A stretch of DNA of 64,000 nt from Candidatus Woesebacteria bacterium (GTDB taxonomy: Bacteria; Patescibacteriota; Microgenomatia; UBA1400; UBA1396), in NCBI GenBank assembly GCA_963749595.1, contig CAVVNJ010000001.1:1376-65375 (forward strand). The letters are read 5' to 3'. Under the pieces are notes generated by a model. It did no database searches. It was not told the origin of the DNA and worked only from the letters and a program-made list of their open reading frames with translations. A program made the translations under genes and the position numbers. Positions 9,517 to 18,406 of this stretch are shown in pieces (the stretch's first letter is position 1; the number at the start of each line of letters is the position of its first letter).

Positions 9517-10582
9517 TTAACGTCCCAGCAAGCGATCCAATTCGTCCGGACGGATGGAGTTATTGCGGGCCTCTTCCATCGAAATCACCCCGTTGTTGAC
9601 CAACTGGACCAGGTTAGCTTCCAGCAGTCACCATGCCGACATCGCTGGAGGTTTGCATGACGTTATCCAACTGATAGGTTTTGCCCTCGCGAATCAGATT
9701 CGAGGCCGCGGAGGTGTTGATCAGTACCTCGATCGCCGGTACGCGCTTTTTTCCGTCGATGGTCGGTATTAGGCGTTGGGAGATAACGGCCCGCAGCGTT
9801 GAAGCCAGTTGTTGACGAACCTGAAGCTGTTGAAACTCCGGAAACACATCAATGATTCGATCTACGGTATCCGGACCGGAATTGGTGTGGAGAGTGGCAA
9901 AAACCAAGTGCCCGGTCTCCGCCACGGTCAGGGCCGCTGAAATTGTTTCCAGATCGCGCATCTCGCCCACCAAAACCACGTTGGGATCCTCGCGCAGAGA
10001 GGCGCGAAGCGCATTTGGCCAGGAAAGGGTGTCTTGGCCAACCTCGCGTTGCGAGATCAGCGATTTGGCCGGTTGATAAATGAACTCGATTGGATCCTCG
10101 ATGGTCACGATATGTTCGCCACGAGTTTGATTAATTTCTTCGATGATCGCCGCCAGAGTCGAGGACTTGCCGGTGCCGGTCGGGCCGGTCACTAAAATGA
10201 AACCGGAATGCTCTTGGGCCATGCTATGGCAAATCGCCGGCAAACCCAGTTCGTCAATGGTCTGGATTTTGATCGGAATCAAACGCATGGAGATAGCCGT
10301 CGTATCCTTCTGGGTGTAGACGTTAACGCGCAAACGGGCCTTATCAGCATACTGATAGGAAAAATCAATCTCCTTGGTTTCTTCAAAGCGCGGTAAATTC
10401 TCTGGGCTCAGCAGCTGGAGGGCAAAATCGTGGGTTCGTTCCGGGGTTAATATCTCTTCGCCGGAAACCGGGAAAAGTTGGCCATTCACCCTTACCGTAG
10501 GCAGCATGCCGGAGATTAGATGCAAGTCGGAACCGCGCTCAGCAATAAGCAGATCCATTAATTGGTTGAGGGTGGCAGCCAT
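9517..10582 (-). CDS. pilT: twitching-motility ATPase PilT, 1-nt insertion near 9625
   Basis: 322-aa ORF with GPTGTGKSST (Walker A), VLVGEMRD and ATLHTN. After ..DVGMVT the true C-terminus (LEANLVQLVNNGVISMEEARNNSIRPDELDRLLGR*) is in the adjacent frame. Its stop is at 9517-9519, just before the pilC ATG. Confidence 0.85.
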
Positions 10583-10604
10583 AATCCCATTCTACGGCGC
10601 AACT

Positions 10605-12386
10605 CTAAATCTGCGCAACCCGGAGAACCTCTTCGATGGTGGTAATTCCTTCCAGGGCTTTCATATAACCGTCCTGCTTCATCAGCATCATGCCGTCAAC
10701 TTGCGCCATTTTTTCGATCTCGGCAGCACTGCGCTGCTCTAAAATCAGGCGACTGATCTTGTCGGTCACCGGCAACACTTCGAAAATAGCAATCCGGCCC
10801 AGATATTCCGGCTCAGTGGTCGGGCGATCGGCACGGCTACGGAAAAGCTTCACCTCCGGGAGCGTCAGGCCTTTTTGTTTCAGAAATGCGTCGAAATAGG
10901 GACCCAGTGAGGCTTTGATGTCTTCGAGTACTGCCGGAGGGGGACTGTATTCTTCGACAAAGTCGGGATTTAAGCGGCGGAGAACGCGCTGAGCCATCGT
11001 CAGGGTAATCGAAGAGGCAAGCAAGAACGGCTCGGCCTTCATATCCAACAGACGGGGCAGGGCACCGGCCGCGGAGTTCGTGTGAATAGTCGACAACACC
11101 AAGTGACCGGTCAATGAAGCCTGAATCGCCAAACCGGCCGTTTCTTCATCCCGAATCTCACCCACCATGATTATGTTTGGATCCTGCCGCAGAAAAGAGC
11201 GAAGACCTGAGGCAAAGGTCAGACCCGCCTGGGGGTTAACTTGGACCTGATTTATTCCTTCCATCTGATATTCGACCGGATCTTCCAGCGTCACGATATT
11301 TACCTCAGGCTTGTTCAGCAAATGCAAAATGGAGTACAAGGTGGTAGTTTTACCGGAACCGGTCGGACCGGTGATCAAAATAATGCCATGGGGCACCCGG
11401 ATCGCCGCTTCTAACTGACGCAAACCCAAACCGCGCAAACCCAAATCCCCCAGAGTGGGGACATTGCCTGATTTTTGTAAAATACGCATCACCACTTTTT
11501 CACCATGTGCAGTCGGCAAAGTAGAAACGCGTAAGTCGACTTCGTGGTCACCCTCGCGAAAAGTAAAGCGGCCGTCCTGTGGAATGCGTTTCTCGTCAAT
11601 CTTTAGATCCGATAAAATTTTAACGCGAGAAACCACCCCTTCATGGACATTTTTCGGCAAAACCAATTTCTCTTGCAAAATGCCATCAATTCGATAACGA
11701 ATCCGGGTTTTATCCTCCAGAGGCTCAATATGGATATCACTGGCCCGGGACTTTAACGAGAAACTTAGCATCGTCTCCACAATCTTGGCGATCGGCGCCT
11801 CTCGCATTACCTCACCGACACCAAAAGCGGTTTCAGACTCACCGGCGATTAAAATCTTCTTGCCAGCCGCGGGACCGGTTTCCCTGAGTGCCGCGGTCAC
11901 CTCGGTGGAAAGACTGGTGGCGTAGCGTTCGGCAATGGCCCGCTGAATTTCCTCAGCCGGGGCAATATAGGGTTTGACCCGCAAGCCGCTTTTTCGCTGG
12001 ATAAACTCGATCGCCTCTAAATCCAAGGGATTGGCCATCACCACCGACAGCTCGCTGTTTGCTTTATCCAAATTGAACGGCAGCAGGGAGTACATCTTGG
12101 CGGTACCGTCTGAAATTTGAGCCAGGGCTTCGGGTGAGGCCCCGACTTCTTCAATATCTAAGTAAGGAATGGCGTAAATAGCCGACTTCGCCCGAGCCAA
12201 GTCTTCGTCACTCACGTAATGTTTTTCATCCAATATTTGGTCGGGAGTCTTGCCGGTCCTAATTTGTTCCAGCGAAATGTCATCGCTCTGCAACGGCGTC
12301 AGTTTTCCCTGGTCGAGCAGGACGTCCACCAGTGAGGTGTAGCGGCGCGCCGGGGTGGCAGCTGGTTGGGCTGGGGCAGAGTCCAT
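10605..12386 (-). CDS. pilB: type IV pilus assembly ATPase PilB (GspE family)
   Basis: Intact ORF with GPTGSGKTTT (Walker A), IMVGEIRD and STIHTN, plus an N-terminal GspE-N-like domain. The track ORF extends to 12431, but MDSAPAQP at 12386 is the more likely start. Confidence 0.9.
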   Translation of the reverse strand: MDSAPAQPAATPARRYTSLVDVLLDQGKLTPLQSDDISLEQIRTGKTPDQILDEKHYVSDEDLARAKSAIYAIPYLDIEEVGASPEALAQISDGTAKMYSLLPFNLDKANSELSVVMANPLDLEAIEFIQRKSGLRVKPYIAPAEEIQRAIAERYATSLSTEVTAALRETGPAAGKKILIAGESETAFGVGEVMREAPIAKIVETMLSFSLKSRASDIHIEPLEDKTRIRYRIDGILQEKLVLPKNVHEGVVSRVKILSDLKIDEKRIPQDGRFTFREGDHEVDLRVSTLPTAHGEKVVMRILQKSGNVPTLGDLGLRGLGLRQLEAAIRVPHGIILITGPTGSGKTTTLYSILHLLNKPEVNIVTLEDPVEYQMEGINQVQVNPQAGLTFASGLRSFLRQDPNIIMVGEIRDEETAGLAIQASLTGHLVLSTIHTNSAAGALPRLLDMKAEPFLLASSITLTMAQRVLRRLNPDFVEEYSPPPAVLEDIKASLGPYFDAFLKQKGLTLPEVKLFRSRADRPTTEPEYLGRIAIFEVLPVTDKISRLILEQRSAAEIEKMAQVDGMMLMKQDGYMKALEGITTIEEVLRVAQI

Positions 12387-12423
12387 GCTTTCATGGTAAC
12401 ACCCGCGTGGTATTCTGTAACTA

Positions 12424-12899
12424 TGGACCAACCCGGCGCGCCCGCATCTTACTCTGGTGAATCAGTGCCTGAAATGCCAAAAGTTGACCCGGCAAAACAA
12501 AAGCAAGCTCAGTTGGATCAACAAAAATCCCAACACCAAGCAGCGGCTATCCAAAAAGCCACCACCCAAAGGCAACAAGTCTGGCAACAATTTCTCGCCC
12601 ATAAAAAACAAACCGAACAGCAACGGGTTCAAACCACAATTCAGCTTAAAAATGAAGCCAAGAAAATTGCAACTTACAGCCCTAGCTCAGCTGTGCTCTC
12701 CACGACTACCGGTGGCGACTTAAGCGAACAAACCGTGGTTCAATCGGCCATGGAATCAGCCCGGGAACAACGAATCCGCGAACAAAAAGCCAGACAAAAC
12801 GCCGCTAAACCAGGTGCCCCAGGGAAGGCGCCATCAACCACCAAAACCGATGATCAAGATTCGCTGCAACGGCAATCGGAACAAGCCATGGGCGAGTAG
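12424..12899 (+). CDS. hypothetical Q/K-rich low-complexity protein
   Basis: The ORF frame is open from 12366. The likely start is MDQPGAP at 12424. Composition is strongly biased towards Q, K and A. Divergent from pilB. Confidence 0.45.
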
Positions 12900-12957
12900 A
12901 TCATGATCTTACTTTAATATCCGCTCTCTAGATCTGGAATCAGGTTACAATAGCTCC

Positions 12958-13713
12958 ATGCTTAGCCTCAACCAACTACGAGTATCGGTGGCGGACAAAA
13001 CGATTCTGCAAGGAATTTCGTTGCGGGTTAAGCCAGGTGAAATTCACGCCGTGATGGGACCTAATGGCTCTGGCAAGTCGACCCTGGCCTACACCTTGGC
13101 CGGACACCCCAACTATGCTGTCGCGCCAGGATCGGCTATGAAGCTGGATGGTGAAAATATCTTGACTCTAACGCCAGACGAAAGGGCGCGCCGGGGATTA
13201 TTTCTGGCCTTTCAGTACCCGACCGAAATTCCTGGTCTATCAGTCCAAAATTTTTTGCGGGCTGTCTGGGAGGCCCGTTTTGGCAAACTGGGAGAAACTA
13301 ATCGACTTGGCTCGGTTCTCCAATTTCGTCAATACTTGGAAAAGTTAGCTAAAGAAATGGGAGTAAAACCAGATTTGTTGCGCCGCAACCTGAACGAAGG
13401 ATTTTCTGGCGGCGAACGGAAAAAGTTGGAAATATTTCAGCTCGCAGTTTTTGAACCAAAATATGCGGTGCTGGATGAAACCGATTCCGGCCTGGATATT
13501 GACGCGGTAAAAACCGTCGCTCTGGGCGCGCAAAAAGTTGTCGATCGCTTTAATACCGGGGTCATTATCATTACCCACTATCAACGAATATTGCGGTTTT
13601 TACGCCCGGATTTCGTTCACATCCTGGCTATGGGAAAAATTGTCGACAGCGGTGGCCCGGAGCTAGCTGTTAAACTGGAAAAGGAAGGCTACCGCCACTA
13701 CCAAAATCTATGA
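12958..13713 (+). CDS. sufC: Fe-S cluster assembly ATPase SufC
   Basis: 251 aa with GPNGSGKST, FSGGERKK, LDETDSGLD and IITHYQR. Confidence 0.9.
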   Translation: MLSLNQLRVSVADKTILQGISLRVKPGEIHAVMGPNGSGKSTLAYTLAGHPNYAVAPGSAMKLDGENILTLTPDERARRGLFLAFQYPTEIPGLSVQNFLRAVWEARFGKLGETNRLGSVLQFRQYLEKLAKEMGVKPDLLRRNLNEGFSGGERKKLEIFQLAVFEPKYAVLDETDSGLDIDAVKTVALGAQKVVDRFNTGVIIITHYQRILRFLRPDFVHILAMGKIVDSGGPELAVKLEKEGYRHYQNL

Positions 13714-14195
13714 TCCCGCGCTCGCCCCATCAATTGACGCCAAACGTGAAATTACTGCAGAAGATTGTTCTCTGTTGGGAGGACAAAGTATTGGTCGTTC
13801 AGCGTGATGCAGCTTCGTTTTCTCGTCCCGGATCATGGGATTTTCCGGGTGGAAACTCCGAATGGCCGGAAAATATTTCTGCACCGACCAGCAACCTGCA
13901 CCAACACGATGCCTCCCGAGAAGTATGGGAAGAAACTGGTGTTCGCCTGGAGCCAACTGAATTTATTCGAGATCGCTTGATTTACCTGGAAACTTTTTTT
14001 GATCCGGAAAAGGAAATATTCACTATGTTGCTAGGTTGGAAAATTGCCTTACCACCAAAATTTGATCCCAATTCGGTACGGCTCAGCGAAGAACATGTCG
14101 CTTTTCGGTGGATAAAGCCAGTCGATGCTCTTTCGTTGGACTTTGGCGGAGTTAAGGGAGCTTTCCTCGTCCGCATTTTAAACTCCAGTTTGTAG
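13710..14195 (+). CDS. Nudix hydrolase
   Basis: 161 aa with a Nudix box-like GGNSEWPE...REVWEETGV. Its start overlaps the sufC stop (ATGA). Confidence 0.75.
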   Translation: MIPRSPHQLTPNVKLLQKIVLCWEDKVLVVQRDAASFSRPGSWDFPGGNSEWPENISAPTSNLHQHDASREVWEETGVRLEPTEFIRDRLIYLETFFDPEKEIFTMLLGWKIALPPKFDPNSVRLSEEHVAFRWIKPVDALSLDFGGVKGAFLVRILNSSL

Positions 14196-14296
14196 CAATT
14201 TATACAGAACCTTTTTCCGCCTGAGAACCGCTGATTTCATCATCTCCAACCCGAAATTGTAAGCATTCTGTAAGGGTCCTATGGTTTGCTGTACAT

Positions 14297-14602
14297 ATGT
14301 ACACATTTCCCAAGCACCCAAAGACAGATCATGGTCTCTATCTGCGCTCAGATTTAGCCAATGAAATTGTCTCTGCGGCCAGATTCAGGAATGATATGTT
14401 CGCTCTCTATCGCCGATTTCCTGACTCAATCAGCCAGCGAACAACGTCAAATAGTGGTCAGGAACATGAAGGAGGGATTCGACATGTTTCTGGTTACGCC
14501 GCTCGACCCCTTGGGGGAAAGGCGGCAGAAGATTTCTTACGACCGTTGCTGAGCGAAGTAAATTTCTGGAGGAACGCCCGTGCGGATGCCCATCATCTGT
14601 GA
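14297..14602 (+). CDS. hypothetical ORF (uncertain frame)
   Basis: Two overlapping ORFs in different frames (14297..14602 and 14361..14552). No family recognised. Could be a small partner gene of 14580..15008. Confidence 0.2.
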   Translation: MYTFPKHPKTDHGLYLRSDLANEIVSAARFRNDMFALYRRFPDSISQRTTSNSGQEHEGGIRHVSGYAARPLGGKAAEDFLRPLLSEVNFWRNARADAHHL

Positions 14603-15008
14603 TGACTCAATTTTTGAACTACTGGCTAAAGGCGATGCCTTTCCCTACCAAAAATTGCTCAGACGTCATTTCGCCCGCCTTGGCACTCTTTATGTTTTGC
14701 CAGAAACAATCGAATTCCTTACTGTTGAGAAGCGAATTGATTTACCGTTCAATGTTTTTGCTCCTTTTCGCCTGATCGTTCCCGACCACTTCGCCATCTA
14801 TCGAGCCACTGCCTTGGCGGTATGTGAATCTATTCCATTACATCGTGCCCTGATTGTCGAATCATCGGCGCACTATCTTATGCCTATTGCCTATTCCTAT
14901 CCGCGAACCTACCACGGTTTAGGTCTACCCTGGGAGCGGCATCTCTACCTGCCCTCAAGGCTAGGTTACAATAAGCCGAATGTCGCGCTTCGCCCCAATC
15001 CAAACTAA
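14580..15008 (+). CDS. hypothetical protein, weakly PIN-like
   Basis: 142 aa with a GTG start. PIICDDSIFELL and LYVLPETIEFL resemble the first PIN strands, but the later acidic residues are not evident. The gene sits between the Nudix gene and sufB. Confidence 0.35.
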   Translation: MRMPIICDDSIFELLAKGDAFPYQKLLRRHFARLGTLYVLPETIEFLTVEKRIDLPFNVFAPFRLIVPDHFAIYRATALAVCESIPLHRALIVESSAHYLMPIAYSYPRTYHGLGLPWERHLYLPSRLGYNKPNVALRPNPN

Positions 15009-16407
15009 ACCGACGGCGGAGGTTTTTCCGGTCGATTATCAGCACGGCTTTTCCTTTAGTACCGCCGATTACGCCCTGATCGCTAGTCCTGGACTAGATC
15101 AACGTACCGTAGAATTGATCTCTTACCACAAATCAGAACCGGCGTGGATGCTTCAGAAGCGCTTGGCCGGACTAGCTTTGTTTGAACAACGCCCGCTACC
15201 CAATTGGGGACCGGATTTATCCGGAATCCATTTTTCTAAAATTCACTACTATCTCCGCCCCATGAACCAGGCTGTGAAAAATTGGAAAGATGTACCCGAT
15301 GACATTAAGACTACCTTTGACCGTATCGGCGTGCCCAAAGCCGAACGCGAGTATCTGGCTGGGGTAAAAATGCAGTATGACAGCGAGGTGGTATACGGTT
15401 CGTTAAAGAAACAATGGGAACAAGACGGCGTGATTTTTTTGTCGATGGACGAGGGGTTGGCCCAATATCCGGATTTAGTACAGCAATATTTCGGCACTAT
15501 TATTCCAACCGGTGATAATAAGTTCGCATCCCTCAATACTGCTTGCTGGAGCGGGGGATCGTTCGTCTACGTCCCGCCTGGGGTACAAGTCAAAATGCCG
15601 CTGCAAACCTACTTCCGAATCAACGCCCAAAATGCCGGTCAGTTTGAGCGTACGTTGATCATTGTCGATGAGGGGGCCAGTGTGCACTATCAGGAAGGCT
15701 GTACCGCACCCGCTTTCAGCGCACATTCGCTCCATGCGGCCGTGGTTGAAATCATCGTCAAGCGCGGCGCTCGCTGCCAGTACACCACCATTCAGAACTG
15801 GTATCCGAACGTCTACAACCTCGTTACTAAACGGGCCTGGGTCGAAGCCGAGGGTGAAATGATCTGGACCGATTTTAATTTGGGATCAAAAGTCACAATG
15901 AAATATCCAGGATTCGTTTTAGCCGGTAAAGGAGCTAAAGGTGAAGCCTTGTCGATGGCCATCGCTGGTCGTGGACAACATCAGGATACCGGCAGCAAGG
16001 CGATTCACCTGGCACCGTATACCAGTTCGACGATCGTGGCCAAGTCGATTAGTAAGGGCGGCGGCCGGGCCGGCTATCGGGGCCTGGTCCAGGTCGGCCC
16101 GGCCGCCTTCGGCAGCAAAAACAAAGTCGTCTGCGACGCACTAATCATGGATCCCCAAAGCCGTACCGATACTTATCCCACCGAGCGCGTGTTCACTAGC
16201 GACGTCCAACTCGAGCACGAGGCCACGGTTAGCCGCATCGGTGAGGAACAACTTTTTTACCTCATGAGCCGTGGCTTAGACGAAACTGAAGCGAGTAAAT
16301 TAATTGTCCGTGGTTTTGCCGAACCGTTGGTGCGGAAGCTCCCACTCGAATACGCCATAGAGATGAACCGGCTGATCGATTTAGAAATGGAAGGATCGAT
16401 CGGCTAG
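14980..16407 (+). CDS. sufB: Fe-S cluster assembly scaffold SufB
   Basis: 475 aa of typical SufB length and sequence (..FASLNTACWSGGSFVYVPPGV.., ..HEATVSRIGEEQLFYLMSRGL..). Confidence 0.9.
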   Translation: MSRFAPIQTKPTAEVFPVDYQHGFSFSTADYALIASPGLDQRTVELISYHKSEPAWMLQKRLAGLALFEQRPLPNWGPDLSGIHFSKIHYYLRPMNQAVKNWKDVPDDIKTTFDRIGVPKAEREYLAGVKMQYDSEVVYGSLKKQWEQDGVIFLSMDEGLAQYPDLVQQYFGTIIPTGDNKFASLNTACWSGGSFVYVPPGVQVKMPLQTYFRINAQNAGQFERTLIIVDEGASVHYQEGCTAPAFSAHSLHAAVVEIIVKRGARCQYTTIQNWYPNVYNLVTKRAWVEAEGEMIWTDFNLGSKVTMKYPGFVLAGKGAKGEALSMAIAGRGQHQDTGSKAIHLAPYTSSTIVAKSISKGGGRAGYRGLVQVGPAAFGSKNKVVCDALIMDPQSRTDTYPTERVFTSDVQLEHEATVSRIGEEQLFYLMSRGLDETEASKLIVRGFAEPLVRKLPLEYAIEMNRLIDLEMEGSIG

Positions 16408-16410
16408 TCT

Positions 16411-16914
16411 ATGGAAAAGGTCAAGCTTACCACCATCGACTCCGCCGCACGGACGCACCAAATCAGGCTTACTGAATCAGGGCACTATCGAATCGAGATC
16501 ATCGCCGAGGGGGCAGAAATCGAGATCAAAGGCGGCTGGCACACCGTTGGCAAAGAAAACGTCTCGATAATTCTGGAGATCGTTCATCGCGCCCGGCATA
16601 CCCGCTCCCGCACCTTACTCCGCGGCGCTGCCGCTGGCCAGTCACAAATCACCCTCTCCGGCACCATCATCATCGAGCCGGGCGCGCAAAACACCAACGC
16701 CTTTCTCACCGAAAATATCCTCCTCTTGTCCGATCAGGCCAGTGCCCAAGCCGTTCCCGATCTGGAAATCCAAGCTAATGAGGTCAAGTGCTCGCACGCC
16801 GCCACCGTCAGCAAGATTCCGGAAGAACATCTTTTTTATCTTCAGTCGCGCGGCCTCGATCGGAAGACGGCTGAGGAATTAATCGTCAACGCGTTTTTGG
16901 CGGAGACACTTTAG
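16411..16914 (+). CDS. sufD: short SufD-like protein
   Basis: 167 aa containing only the C-terminal beta-helix part (..QANEVKCSHAATVSKIPEEHLFYLQSRGL..). Lies directly after sufB. Confidence 0.7.
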   Translation: MEKVKLTTIDSAARTHQIRLTESGHYRIEIIAEGAEIEIKGGWHTVGKENVSIILEIVHRARHTRSRTLLRGAAAGQSQITLSGTIIIEPGAQNTNAFLTENILLLSDQASAQAVPDLEIQANEVKCSHAATVSKIPEEHLFYLQSRGLDRKTAEELIVNAFLAETL

Positions 16915-18394
16915 AATGTTGCTCCTCCATCAACCCCGCAAAGCCAATCGCCCCTTTTTTATTTTTCCGATGCTCTTCCGGCCGGAAATTAACCACTGCT
17001 GACAGTAAATCCTCATGGGAAACAGTTTTTTTCACCTTGCGCCGGAAGACATCACCTTTGGCCCGGTCGTTTAGTAGTAGTTTTAATAACCCCTCGATGT
17101 CCGCGCCGGTAAAACCTTCCGATTTTTTGATGATTTCCGGCCATTGCACAGTTCGGAAGATTCGTCGGTTAGCCTCGCGCTCGATGCGCCGAATATGAAT
17201 CCGGAAAATATCTAATCTGGCCTCTGCATCCGGTAAATCCACATGAACAATCTGATCGAATCGTCCAGGACGCAGCAGCGCCTTGTCCAGCAACTCCGAA
17301 TGGTTGGTGGCACCAATCAGCGTCACCTTACCACTGGCCTTCATACCACTCGTGCGTTGGAAAAGAATACTCTGCACCGATTTTCTGGTTTCGTGCGACA
17401 TGGTACTGCGTTGGCCAAAAAGGCCCTCAATCTCATCGATAAACAAAATTGTCCGACCGGGACGGCGGTCGGCATCGTCAAAGAATGCAGCCATAAACTT
17501 TTCCGAGTTGCCCAGCCACATATCATAAATCTGCTCGGGTGAAATGGAAACGAAAGTCACACCTGCTTCATTAGCCAAAGCCTGAACCGACATTGATTTT
17601 CCGGTTCCAGGCGGACCCTCCAACAAAATTCCGGCGGGCGGCTTAATTCCCCAACGTTTGTAGATTTGGGGATCACGAATACCGGCGGCCAGAGCCATCA
17701 GTTCTTCCTTGAGTTGGTGATTACCACCAATATCGGCAAAAGTGATCACCCCGGCATCACGCGCGGCTTTTTCAGCTTGTCGAGCCGCCGCCTCCGCCAA
17801 CTTTCTCTCCCGCTCGGTCGGCTGAACCGGCGGCGTCAAGACCAATTCTTGATCCGGAGCCAAACGCCCGGAATTCAGGTAAAGTTGCTCAATCACCTCC
17901 TGTAAAAAAGTCGCTAAATCCGTCATTACCCGGTGCAGTTGCCGCCGATCAATCGATGGCGCTCCGATTAATCTCAATTCTTTTCCCAAGAAGTTAACAC
18001 TGCCGGTAGAAATCCGGAAACCATCACTCAGCGCTTCCAAGGTGAGCGGGGTTTTCCCCGCCTTGAATATCGGGAAAAAACCCTCATAACGGCAATCAAA
18101 TATCTGCCCCAGCTGGGAGACCAGATCGGCCATCATCGACTCATGAAGCATCTTGACGGGATAAACATCGACATAAGCCTGAAAATCTTTGTTTTGACCC
18201 GGCTGCACCCAACCTAAGGCACTTTTTAGCGGCGGCTGCAAATTGGCGTCCAGAATAAAAAATTCCTCCCCCGCCAACATCAACTCCGTCATCCGTTCAA
18301 TGTTATTAATTTCAACGAGCGTACCGTATTCCCAAGGGGTGTTATCCGTCTTTTTGGGAAAATTATCAACTTCACCTTCGGGTCGTTTTGGCAT
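16886..18394 (-). CDS. AAA+ ATPase (classic clade, single AAA module) with unassigned ~230-aa N-domain
   Basis: 502 aa with GILLEGPPGTGKS (Walker A), ILFIDEIEGLF (canonical Walker B) and ATNHSELLDKALLRPGRFD (SRH). A charged linker ERERKLAEAAARQAEKAARD is present. Confidence 0.85.
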   Translation of the reverse strand: MPKRPEGEVDNFPKKTDNTPWEYGTLVEINNIERMTELMLAGEEFFILDANLQPPLKSALGWVQPGQNKDFQAYVDVYPVKMLHESMMADLVSQLGQIFDCRYEGFFPIFKAGKTPLTLEALSDGFRISTGSVNFLGKELRLIGAPSIDRRQLHRVMTDLATFLQEVIEQLYLNSGRLAPDQELVLTPPVQPTERERKLAEAAARQAEKAARDAGVITFADIGGNHQLKEELMALAAGIRDPQIYKRWGIKPPAGILLEGPPGTGKSMSVQALANEAGVTFVSISPEQIYDMWLGNSEKFMAAFFDDADRRPGRTILFIDEIEGLFGQRSTMSHETRKSVQSILFQRTSGMKASGKVTLIGATNHSELLDKALLRPGRFDQIVHVDLPDAEARLDIFRIHIRRIEREANRRIFRTVQWPEIIKKSEGFTGADIEGLLKLLLNDRAKGDVFRRKVKKTVSHEDLLSAVVNFRPEEHRKNKKGAIGFAGLMEEQHSKVSPPKTR

Positions 18395-18406
18395 GATAAA
18401 TCTTCC

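Noticed and set aside
1200-9700. Phase variation or programmed frameshifting as the cause of the frame breaks
   Set aside because: The indels sit in runs of only 2-5 nt, with no long homopolymer or SSR tracts. They occur many times per gene and often as compensating pairs. No slippery heptamers or downstream structures were noted.
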